42,969 nucleotides of DNA from contig CAYSBP010000004.1 of assembly GCA_964429255.1 (NCBI GenBank), positions 1 to 42,969 of the forward strand. Reading direction: 5' to 3'. The stretch is from an uncultured Planctomycetia bacterium. Its GTDB lineage: Bacteria > Planctomycetota > SZUA-567 > H5-PLA8. The notes under the pieces are model-generated. The model was not told where the DNA came from. It did no database searches and was given only the letters and a program-made list of their open reading frames with translations. A program made the translations under genes and the position numbers. Of this stretch, positions 27,242 to 34,250 are shown one piece after another. Position 1 is the first letter of the stretch; each line of letters opens with the position of its first letter.

Positions 27242-28500
27242 TATTCCGCCCTCGACGAAATCATGATTCCATCCATCGGCAGGTCCAGGGCGCCGTGCTC
27301 GGCCACCGCTTTCAGCAGCCGCGCCCAATGCGCCATGACCAGGGCGTTCTGCTCCGGGTGGTCTTTCTGTTCCATGTACGGCTGCACGACCCGCTGCGCC
27401 TGACTCAGGTTTCCGGACTCGACACTGCGAATGATGCCCGCCCACTGCGTTTCTGAAACGCCACGGGGTGAGGGCACGGCGATCACCTGTCGCGCCACCA
27501 TTGGCAAGGCCTTGCGATCGCCGCTTCCGGCCTCGCTGGTTTCGTTGGGCCCGGGCACCCGCGATTCGATCTCCTCGCGGTGCGTCTCGGGCAGTCCCTG
27601 CGCAGGCGCAAGAGGATCCGTTCGAACCATCTGCAACTTGACCCGTGCCAACAGCAGGATGGCCTTGGATTTCCGCTCGGTGTTGCGCTCGCCCTTCACC
27701 AGTTCCTCGAGAATCTCGCTGGCCTGATCGGGACTCCCAAGGACGGACAACACTTCAGCCCGGCGATAGCGAACCTCATCCCTGTGCACTCCGAGTGGAT
27801 AAGCCTTCTCGTAGCGATCGAACGCCTCCAACGCCTCCTGCCAGCGGTTCTGCACGGTCAGGCAGTTACCCACCTGGAACTGCGCCTCAACCGCCTCGCG
27901 ACTCTTAGGCGCCTCGGCGAGAATGCGCGAGTAGCCCTCCAGCGCCTTCTGGGCGCGAAGTTGGGCCGGCAGCGAAGGCGAGCGCCAGGTAGCGTCCGCC
28001 AGACGAAGTTCGCATTCCGCCTTCTGCTCCGGTGAAATCTTCTTCAGCGCCATGCCGTAGTAGCGGATGGCATCGTCGTAACGGCCACACGCGACTGCGG
28101 CGTCGCCCCTCCCCCGCCAGATCTCGGGTTCGACGGACGCATCGGAAGCGCTGGCAAACTTGCTCTCTGGCGTGCTCTGGCCGGAACCGCCGGGCTCCGC
28201 TTCGGCGCCATGCGCGGCCTTTGCACCGTCCCCCGTGTCTTCACCATGGGCCGGTCTCGATTCATCGTGCGACTTTCCGGCGCCACGTGCGGGGGCGGCC
28301 TTGTCCTGATCACCTTTCGCCGTGGCTTCGCCGTGGCCGGACGCGGCACCCGTATCCGCCGAAGAGTTCGTTTCCGGTTCCTGCGCGGGGACAGCACTTG
28401 AGGTGGGCGACTTGAGCAGAAGGCCGATTCCGCAGACCAAGGCTGCCACACTGAGGCTGCCACCCGCCAGGACCAGCTTTTCTTTCAATCCATTTGACAC
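27241..28500 (-). CDS. N-terminally membrane-anchored TPR-like protein (about 420 aa) with Ala/Gly/His/Asp-rich spacer
   Basis: TM/signal anchor LVLAGGSLSVAALVCGIGLLL, about 100 aa of low complexity, then TPR-like repeats (GRYDDAIRYYGMAL..., WQEALEAFDRYEKAYP...). GTG 28500 has GAGG 7 nt upstream; the ORF track start is GTG 28542. Confidence 0.7.
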   Translation of the reverse strand: MSNGLKEKLVLAGGSLSVAALVCGIGLLLKSPTSSAVPAQEPETNSSADTGAASGHGEATAKGDQDKAAPARGAGKSHDESRPAHGEDTGDGAKAAHGAEAEPGGSGQSTPESKFASASDASVEPEIWRGRGDAAVACGRYDDAIRYYGMALKKISPEQKAECELRLADATWRSPSLPAQLRAQKALEGYSRILAEAPKSREAVEAQFQVGNCLTVQNRWQEALEAFDRYEKAYPLGVHRDEVRYRRAEVLSVLGSPDQASEILEELVKGERNTERKSKAILLLARVKLQMVRTDPLAPAQGLPETHREEIESRVPGPNETSEAGSGDRKALPMVARQVIAVPSPRGVSETQWAGIIRSVESGNLSQAQRVVQPYMEQKDHPEQNALVMAHWARLLKAVAEHGALDLPMDGIMISSRAE

Positions 28501-28653
28501 GTGGTGACCTCGTCGCTTTCGTGCTCGGTGGACACAATACACCCTTCGTGTCTCCGGCGCAATCCAGAGGCCAACCGGAAGGCAAAACCGGAGGCATGCG
28601 GAATTTTCCTGTACATACTAAGACGGTACGATTTCAAGACTTCGATGGCCATC

Positions 28654-28669
28654 CGCAACACAATTGCCA
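28654..28669 (-). promoter_or_regulatory. Sigma-54 (-24/-12) promoter upstream of the TPR-TPR-kinase-regulator genes
   Basis: Minus strand reads TGGCAATTGTGTTGCG versus TGGCACG-N4-TTGCW. TGGCA and TTGC are exact with correct spacing. Lies in the 190-nt gap between the activator gene (ends 28733) and the first TPR gene. Confidence 0.65.
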
Positions 28670-28732
28670 TCCTACAGGTTACGTTGCATTTGGCAACCGC
28701 CACTGCAACCATGCATCACCTGTATGAGACCA

Positions 28733-30088
28733 TCAGGAGGAGAACACCTTGTCGGTATACGTACCCTCGGAAGTGTACGTGTCCATCTTTCGAGACAAGG
28801 TGACGGAGTGGATGCCCAGCATCTCGGCCGCCAAACGTTCATCTCCGTTCACGCGTGCCATAACCTGCTGGATGAGCAGACGCTCGGCCTCGGCCAGACT
28901 GGGATTTTCGAGAGAGAGAACCATCGTGTCTTCCGCCTTGTGGACGGGTTTCGATTCGCAGGCGTTCAAAGTGATATCAAGGGGCGTTTCCAGAAGGACG
29001 GATCGCTCGATGCAGTTCTTAAGCTCGCGGACGTTGCCCGGCCATTCGTAGCCGAGCAGCGCCGTCCGCTCCAACTCGGTGAAATCGCGCACAGGCCGCT
29101 TGAATTGCTGGGCGAAGAGCCGGGAGAAGTGCTGTGCCAACGGAACGATGGCCTCCCTGCGCTCGCGCAGCGGGGGAACGTAGATGGGGATGACGCTGAG
29201 ACGGAAGAAGAGATCCTCGCGGAACCGGCCTTCTTCCACGGCAGCGACCAAGTCGACGTTGGAGGCGGCCACCACGCGCACGTCAATTGCGATGTCGCGG
29301 TTACCGCCGATACGGCGGATAACGCGTTCCTGCAGGGCGCGCAGCAGTTTGGCCTGGAGCGGAAGCGGCAGTTCGCCAATCTCATCGAGAAAAAGCGTCC
29401 CGCCATCCGCTTCTTCGAAGTAGCCGCAGCGCGAGGCCTTGGCATCCGTAAAGGCGCCGCGTTCGTGACCGAAAAGCTCTCCTTCCAGCAACTGGGCCGG
29501 CAACGCCGCGCAGTTCAAGGTTACGAACGGTCCATGACGACGAACGCCGCCTCGGTGCAGTTCGCGCGCAATAACCTCCTTGCCCGTCCCCGTCTCGCCC
29601 GTCAACAGGACCGTGGTTGCCGGACTGTCCGAAACACGTTTGACCAGTTCATTGACCTCACGCATTACAGGACTGGCACAGACCAGCACAGGATCCGCCG
29701 GGTTATCGCTGGCTTCGCCCAACTGCTGACGCGCCAGCGCTTCGCGGAGGGTCTGTTCCAGGTCCTTCAGCGAGAGCGGTTTGGTCAGACAATGACAGGC
29801 CCCCGACTTCATGGCTTGCACCGCATCCTCGATCGACACCGATCCGCTCATCAGCACAACAGCCGGGCGCGTCTTGCTCTTGCGCACGCGCTTCAAGACC
29901 TCCAGGCCGTCCATGCCGGGGAGATTGAGGTCGAGCAGGACCAGGTTGACGGACTGCTCAACCAGCTTCGCTAAAGCTTCCTCCCCATTTCCTGCCAACA
30001 CCACCCGATAGCCAAGGGTTTGGAGCATCTGGTCCAACAACCGTTGGATGCAAGGATCGTCATCAACGACAAGAACACTCGGTTCCAT
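28733..30088 (-). CDS. Sigma-54-dependent response regulator (REC-AAA+-HTH) with variant GAFTDA loop; candidate top-tier (FlrA/FleQ-position) regulator
   Basis: Complete REC signature (VVDDD, LLDLNLPGMDG, LMSG, LTKP), Walker A GETGTGKE, GELFGHERGAFTDA, R-finger region, C-terminal HTH RLAAEMLGIHSVTLSRKM. Confidence 0.88.
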   Translation of the reverse strand: MEPSVLVVDDDPCIQRLLDQMLQTLGYRVVLAGNGEEALAKLVEQSVNLVLLDLNLPGMDGLEVLKRVRKSKTRPAVVLMSGSVSIEDAVQAMKSGACHCLTKPLSLKDLEQTLREALARQQLGEASDNPADPVLVCASPVMREVNELVKRVSDSPATTVLLTGETGTGKEVIARELHRGGVRRHGPFVTLNCAALPAQLLEGELFGHERGAFTDAKASRCGYFEEADGGTLFLDEIGELPLPLQAKLLRALQERVIRRIGGNRDIAIDVRVVAASNVDLVAAVEEGRFREDLFFRLSVIPIYVPPLRERREAIVPLAQHFSRLFAQQFKRPVRDFTELERTALLGYEWPGNVRELKNCIERSVLLETPLDITLNACESKPVHKAEDTMVLSLENPSLAEAERLLIQQVMARVNGDERLAAEMLGIHSVTLSRKMDTYTSEGTYTDKVFSS

Positions 30089-30234
30089 GCTCGGGCCTCC
30101 GCGCTGGCACTCACCGGAGTTGCACCCATCCGGAGGCCAGAACCCTTACTGAGAAACCATCATACCGGAACTGTTGTTATCAAAGAGGAGACCAAATCAA
30201 AAAAAACCTCAATCTTGATCTTAAAGCATCTTGT

Positions 30235-30261
30235 AAAAATGAGTTATAGATATTCATTTTT
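30235..30261. promoter_or_regulatory. AT-only inverted repeat AAAAATGA-N11-TCATTTTT in the divergent control region (candidate activator or bending-protein site)
   Basis: Exact 8-bp arms at 30235-30242 and 30254-30261, about 100-125 bp upstream of the + strand sigma-54 promoter, inside a strikingly AT-rich island in a GC-rich window. Confidence 0.35.
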
Positions 30262-30360
30262 TCACTAAAGAGTTTTGAAATACGACCGATGTCCCATCCT
30301 GCTACAGTACCGGATGCAAAGATAGTCCTGGTTAGATTGTCTGAGAAACCGGACGAGATT

Positions 30361-30376
30361 CGGCATTGGATTTGCA
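30361..30376 (+). promoter_or_regulatory. Sigma-54 (-24/-12) promoter of the HDOD / CBS-kinase / activator operon
   Basis: CGGCATTGGATTTGCA versus TGGCACG-N4-TTGCW. GGCA and TTGCA are exact with correct 12-nt GG-to-GC register. The -12 GC lies about 120 nt upstream of the HDOD start codon. Confidence 0.65.
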
Positions 30377-30396
30377 ATCTACAAAAGAAGTAGGAT

Positions 30397-30412
30397 CCTT
30401 GCGAAAGCAAGG
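30397..30412 (+). other. Perfect GNRA-capped hairpin CCTTGC-GAAA-GCAAGG in the predicted 5' leader
   Basis: Read directly. Begins roughly 10 nt after the transcription start predicted from the -12 element. Confidence 0.5.
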
Positions 30413-30493
30413 GGGGCAGGCAAATTCTTCCCGATCTGATCTTGGCTGTTAGCTCGGATTCGGGTAACGGGTCACCGCTCTGGATCACGGATA

Positions 30494-31360
30494 GTGAGCA
30501 TGTCGAAAACTGCGGCGGATGAGATTCTGAAAGGGGAAGAACTGCCGATGTGTCCGGCGGTTCTGGCGGGTTTATTGCAGACGCTGAAGGATCCGGACAC
30601 GACCATCAGCGATCTGGCGCGCCTGCTATCAACCGACCCGAGCCTGACCGTGAAGGTGCTTCGCGTCGTCAACTCTGCATTCTATTCACTACCGCGACGC
30701 ATCCACAGTGTGGAGCAGGCGTGTTTCCGGCTGGGTTTCCGCGAGATCTGGTCGTTGACGGTTGCGGCGCAGATGAGTTCGGTCTATTCGGAGACCGACA
30801 CGCAGTGGGATAACGAGACGCTCTTGGAGCACGTCCTGAAAGTTGCGTTGATGGCACGGGCGTTGGCCCAGCGGAAGCGTGGTGTGATGCCGGAAGAGCT
30901 TTTCACAGCCGGCATTCTGCACGACATCGGAAAACTGGCCCTGGCGCGTCACGATCCTGCTGGCAGTTCAGCTATCTATGGGAGTGGGTTGCATGGCCGC
31001 CTGACACTGGATGAGGAGCGGCGGCGCTGGAACGTGGGACATGACGAATTGGGCGCCGCGCTGCTACGTCGTTGGAAGATATCCGAGACGCTGGCGGGAC
31101 TGGTCGAGCGGCACCATGACGAGGACTGGGGTGGCCAGGTGGATCACGGCCCAGGGTTGCTGACGGCCGCCGATGCCCTGGTCCGTGCCCTTGTGGTGGA
31201 TACGCCCGGTGAGAATCGCGGTCTGGTGCGGCTGGAGATCACCGATCCACTGTTTTCGTCCAACCTGTCGCGCGTACTGGGACTCGAGACGGCCGACTGC
31301 GTGCAGATTGCCACGGACGTGATGCGCGACTACACGGAACTGGTGCAGCATTTCAAATGA
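30494..31360 (+). CDS. HDOD-domain signalling protein
   Basis: N-terminal HDOD pattern LPMCPAVLAGLLQTLKDPDTTISDLARLLSTDPSLTVKVLRVVNSAFYSLPRRIHSVEQA, then GILHDIGKLAL and HDELGAALLRRWKI. Start is GTG 30494 or ATG 30500. Confidence 0.85.
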   Translation: MSMSKTAADEILKGEELPMCPAVLAGLLQTLKDPDTTISDLARLLSTDPSLTVKVLRVVNSAFYSLPRRIHSVEQACFRLGFREIWSLTVAAQMSSVYSETDTQWDNETLLEHVLKVALMARALAQRKRGVMPEELFTAGILHDIGKLALARHDPAGSSAIYGSGLHGRLTLDEERRRWNVGHDELGAALLRRWKISETLAGLVERHHDEDWGGQVDHGPGLLTAADALVRALVVDTPGENRGLVRLEITDPLFSSNLSRVLGLETADCVQIATDVMRDYTELVQHFK

Positions 31361-32568
31361 CAAGTGTGCGGTCGGACTCCGAAACCCCTTGGCGCGTGGC
31401 TCCTCTGGAGCAGGCAGAGTCGTCGACCGCGGAGATTTCGGACGTCGCGCTGGTCACTACGAATTCCCCGTTACCCGATTGTCTCGCCGCGATGGCTTCC
31501 TGCCGTCTGGATGCAGCGGTCGTCCTTGAGGAGCCGAGCCGGCGTCCGGTGGGGATCCTGGACGCCCGCGCCTTGCTGTTGCGAATCCTGCGGGGCGGGA
31601 TGGACTGCCGGATGGCAGGTGAAGCCATGCGCCCGTGCAAGGACCTGATCACGCCCCCGCTAAGTCCGTTCGAGGCGGAGAAGCTGTTCGAACAGAAACG
31701 TTCATCCTATCTCATCGTTGTCAACGCGTCCGGCGAGTTCGAGAGTCTATTGACCCTGTCTCATGTGCTGGGCCGCCGGCGCCAGCACTACCGCGAGTAC
31801 GTGCAGCGCCTGGAAGCGACACTCGAGGAGATGCGTGCCGACATCCTTCAGATGCAGGAGGAACACACCGAGATCCTCGGCGTGCTGGCCCACGACCTGC
31901 GCGGACCGCTGGGCGGCATTCTGGGTCTGGCCCGAATGGTCTCTGCCGACGGACCGCTGCCCAGCGCCTCGCTGGTGCGCGAGTATTTCCACCTGATCTG
32001 CCGTGAAACGGAACAGTGCCTGCAGCTCACCGGCGAGATTCTGGAGTTCTCGCGCCACCGCAGCCACAGCGTTTCCCTCGAACTCACGACCTGCTGTCCC
32101 CTCTCCCTGCTGGACGAAGTCTGCCGGCTTTACGAGGAACTGGCGCGCCAAAAGGGTATCGCGTTCGAAGTCTGCCGCCCATCCGATCCCGCGCCGGGCA
32201 TCCTGGCAGACCGTCAGCGCCTCCACACGGTGCTGGCCAACCTGCTGGACAACGCCGTGAAGTATTGCGCCTCCGGGCAGAAGATTGTCGTGTCACTGGA
32301 GTATTCGCAGCACCGCGTTTCCTTCGTGGTCGCGGACAATGGGCAGGGACTGCCGCAGGAAGAGATCGAGAAACTCTTCGTACGCTTCTATCGTGGCAGC
32401 AGCAAACCGACGGCCGGGGAGGCCTCCAGCGGCCTGGGACTGGCCATCGCCCGCGAAATGGTCGAGGCACACGGCGGGAGTATCTCGGCGAAGGGTGCGC
32501 GGGGACGAGGGCTCACATTTCGCATCGACCTGCCGATGCATTCTTCTCCGGGTATAGGTGATCCATAG
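31357..32568 (+). CDS. Soluble sensor histidine kinase with N-terminal CBS-pair-like domain
   Basis: No TM segment. N-terminal approx 130 aa resemble a CBS pair (AAVVLEEPSRRPVGILDARALL...; SYLIVVNASGEFESLLTLSHVL). H-box LGVLAHDLRGPLGG. ATPase boxes NLLDNAVKY, DNGQGLP, GLGLAIAREMVEAHGG. ATGA overlap with the HDOD gene. Confidence 0.85.
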   Translation: MTSVRSDSETPWRVAPLEQAESSTAEISDVALVTTNSPLPDCLAAMASCRLDAAVVLEEPSRRPVGILDARALLLRILRGGMDCRMAGEAMRPCKDLITPPLSPFEAEKLFEQKRSSYLIVVNASGEFESLLTLSHVLGRRRQHYREYVQRLEATLEEMRADILQMQEEHTEILGVLAHDLRGPLGGILGLARMVSADGPLPSASLVREYFHLICRETEQCLQLTGEILEFSRHRSHSVSLELTTCCPLSLLDEVCRLYEELARQKGIAFEVCRPSDPAPGILADRQRLHTVLANLLDNAVKYCASGQKIVVSLEYSQHRVSFVVADNGQGLPQEEIEKLFVRFYRGSSKPTAGEASSGLGLAIAREMVEAHGGSISAKGARGRGLTFRIDLPMHSSPGIGDP

Positions 32569-32741
32569 TAGTCGCCCTTTTGTCCGTCCGGCAGTTCCTG
32601 CCAACTCCATCGTTCCTCTCCATCCTCCAACAAAAGACAATCCGGAATTCCGGACACTGGCCCACGGCGTGCTAGTCTGATGTAGCGCATGCCTCCGGCT
32701 TGCGCGTACGAATTGAACAACTGGGCGAGGTCCCTTCATCC

Positions 32742-34250
32742 ATGGATGTAATGACGATCCTGGTCGTGGACGATCAACGCGAGACGCTGGATCTGATCGA
32801 GGAGGCACTGAGCGGCCATGGCCGGCGCGTGCTGACCTTCGACGATCCCGCCCAGGCCTTGAAGACACAGGAAGAACGCTGGGTCGATCTGGTGATCACC
32901 GATCTGCGAATGCCCCAGATGAACGGTCTGGAGGTGCTTTCGTCGGTTAAGGCACGTTCGCCCGAGACGGAAGTGATCCTCTTGACGGCCTACGGCGATA
33001 TCGAACTGGCGGTCCAGGCGATGAAGCAGGGAGCCGCCGATTTCTTCAGCAAGCCCATCCGGGTGGCCGAACTAACCGGCGTGGTCAGCAAGATCCTGGA
33101 ACTCCAGTCGATGCGTCGCCGCCTCAAGGATCTCACGGGCGGGGACGTGGCGCCGGTGGGTTCGGGCGAGACGATGCAGCGCGTCCTCTCGCTTGCACGT
33201 GCCGTCGGGGAGACGGATTCCACGGTGCTGATTTTCGGCGAGACGGGTGTGGGCAAGGAGATCCTGGCCAACTACATCCAGCGCCAGAGCGAGCGGGTGA
33301 ACGGGCCGTTCGTCAAGGTGAACTGCGCCGCCCTGCCGGAAACACTGCTGGAATCCGAGCTTTTCGGTCACGAGAAGGGCGCCTTCACGGGCGCGGCCGA
33401 CCGCCATGTCGGGCGCTTCGAACGGGCCAACCGCGGGACGCTCTTCCTCGACGAAATCGCCGAGATGCCGCCGTCCATGCAGGTCCGTTTCCTGCGCGTT
33501 CTGCAGGAGCGCGAGATCGAGCGCATCGGCGGCAGCCAGTCGATCCCCGTGGATTTCCGCCTGGTCTGCGCTACGCACCGCAAACTCGAACAGCTTGTGG
33601 CGGACGGCAAGTTCCGCGAGGACCTGTACTACCGCATCAACGTCTTTCCGATTCACCTGCCGGCGTTGCGCCAACGACCGGAGGACATTCCGGCGTTGAC
33701 GCTCCATTTCCTCAAACGCGCACGCGGGAAGATCGGGCGGGGACCGCTGGAAATCGCGCCTCAGGCCTTGACGCTGCTGCAGCAACACGCCTGGCCTGGA
33801 AACGTGCGCGAACTGGAGAACGTCATAGAACGCGCCTGCGTCCTGGCGCAGGGCCCGACACTGCAGACCGATCACCTGACCTGGTGGGGACAGTTCCGGC
33901 CGGTCTCGGCGGATGCAGCTGGCGTCCCGGCGCCGGTCCTCCCGCCATCGCCGCCGATGCCCTCTGCGTCCACCGAAAACGGCGGTGGTTCGTCGGCCCT
34001 CGCGAAAGCGTTCTCTTCCGCAATCCTCCCCGCCGTAGGTGGCAACGGGAACGGCCATCCGCCGGCCAACGCCGAGGCCTTCGATCTGGATCTCGACGGC
34101 GAGAACCCGCTCGAGGGCGCGGAACGCGCGACCCTGAAACTGGTCCTCGAACGCTGTCAGTGGAACTTCAAGAAGGCGGCCGAGCGGCTGAAGCTGAGCC
34201 GTTCGACGTTGTACGCCAAGGTCAGCCGCTACGGACTGCAACGCGAATGA
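32742..34250 (+). CDS. Sigma-54-dependent response regulator (REC-AAA+-long linker-HTH)
   Basis: REC (VVDD, VITDLRMP, LLTAYG, FSKP), Walker A GETGVGKE, intact GAFTGA, Pro/Gly-rich linker, HTH KKAAERLKLSRSTLYAKV. ATG 32742; the ORF track starts at TTG 32700. Confidence 0.9.
   Translation: MDVMTILVVDDQRETLDLIEEALSGHGRRVLTFDDPAQALKTQEERWVDLVITDLRMPQMNGLEVLSSVKARSPETEVILLTAYGDIELAVQAMKQGAADFFSKPIRVAELTGVVSKILELQSMRRRLKDLTGGDVAPVGSGETMQRVLSLARAVGETDSTVLIFGETGVGKEILANYIQRQSERVNGPFVKVNCAALPETLLESELFGHEKGAFTGAADRHVGRFERANRGTLFLDEIAEMPPSMQVRFLRVLQEREIERIGGSQSIPVDFRLVCATHRKLEQLVADGKFREDLYYRINVFPIHLPALRQRPEDIPALTLHFLKRARGKIGRGPLEIAPQALTLLQQHAWPGNVRELENVIERACVLAQGPTLQTDHLTWWGQFRPVSADAAGVPAPVLPPSPPMPSASTENGGGSSALAKAFSSAILPAVGGNGNGHPPANAEAFDLDLDGENPLEGAERATLKLVLERCQWNFKKAAERLKLSRSTLYAKVSRYGLQRE

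Noticed and set aside
27242-27445. N-terminal extensions of track ORFs: TPR lipoprotein 27242-27445, glgB 37203-37490, holB 39740-40084, secreted protein 33884-34246, kinase 24967-25248
   Set aside because: Each extension overlaps the upstream gene or an intergenic region and is Arg/Pro/Gly-rich. Each is followed by an internal start that gives a canonical N-terminus (signal peptide, conserved family start) or a stop/start overlap typical of operons.
28691-28707. Plus-strand sigma-54-like element TGGCAACCGCCACTGCA, part of a GTTGC-N5-GCAAC palindrome and a GCAACC direct repeat
   Set aside because: GG-to-GC spacing is one nt too long. It points into the antisense of the activator gene with no downstream plus-strand gene. 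It may still be a protein-binding site next to the minus-strand promoter, but I cannot support a promoter call.
28664-29974. 436-aa plus-strand ORF. The same applies to 33072..34241 (-), 26273..27403 (+), 41430..42764 (+), 35637..36680 (+), 21029..22267 (+) and 10236..11213 (+)
   Set aside because: All lie antisense to genes with clear domain signatures (sigma-54 activators, TPR protein, SurA-like protein, GlgB, FlgB/C, MotB). None shows a recognisable motif or a plausible RBS.
30104-30123. TGGCAC...TTGCA just upstream of the minus-strand activator start, read on the plus strand
   Set aside because: GG-to-GC distance is 16 nt rather than 12. It is about 390 nt from the HDOD start codon, and a much better element exists at 30361-30376.
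30020-30488. Small ORFs (82 aa on the plus strand, 102 aa on the minus strand) across the AT-rich divergent region
   Set aside because: One is largely antisense to the activator gene start. Both have odd composition and no RBS. The region is better explained as regulatory DNA.
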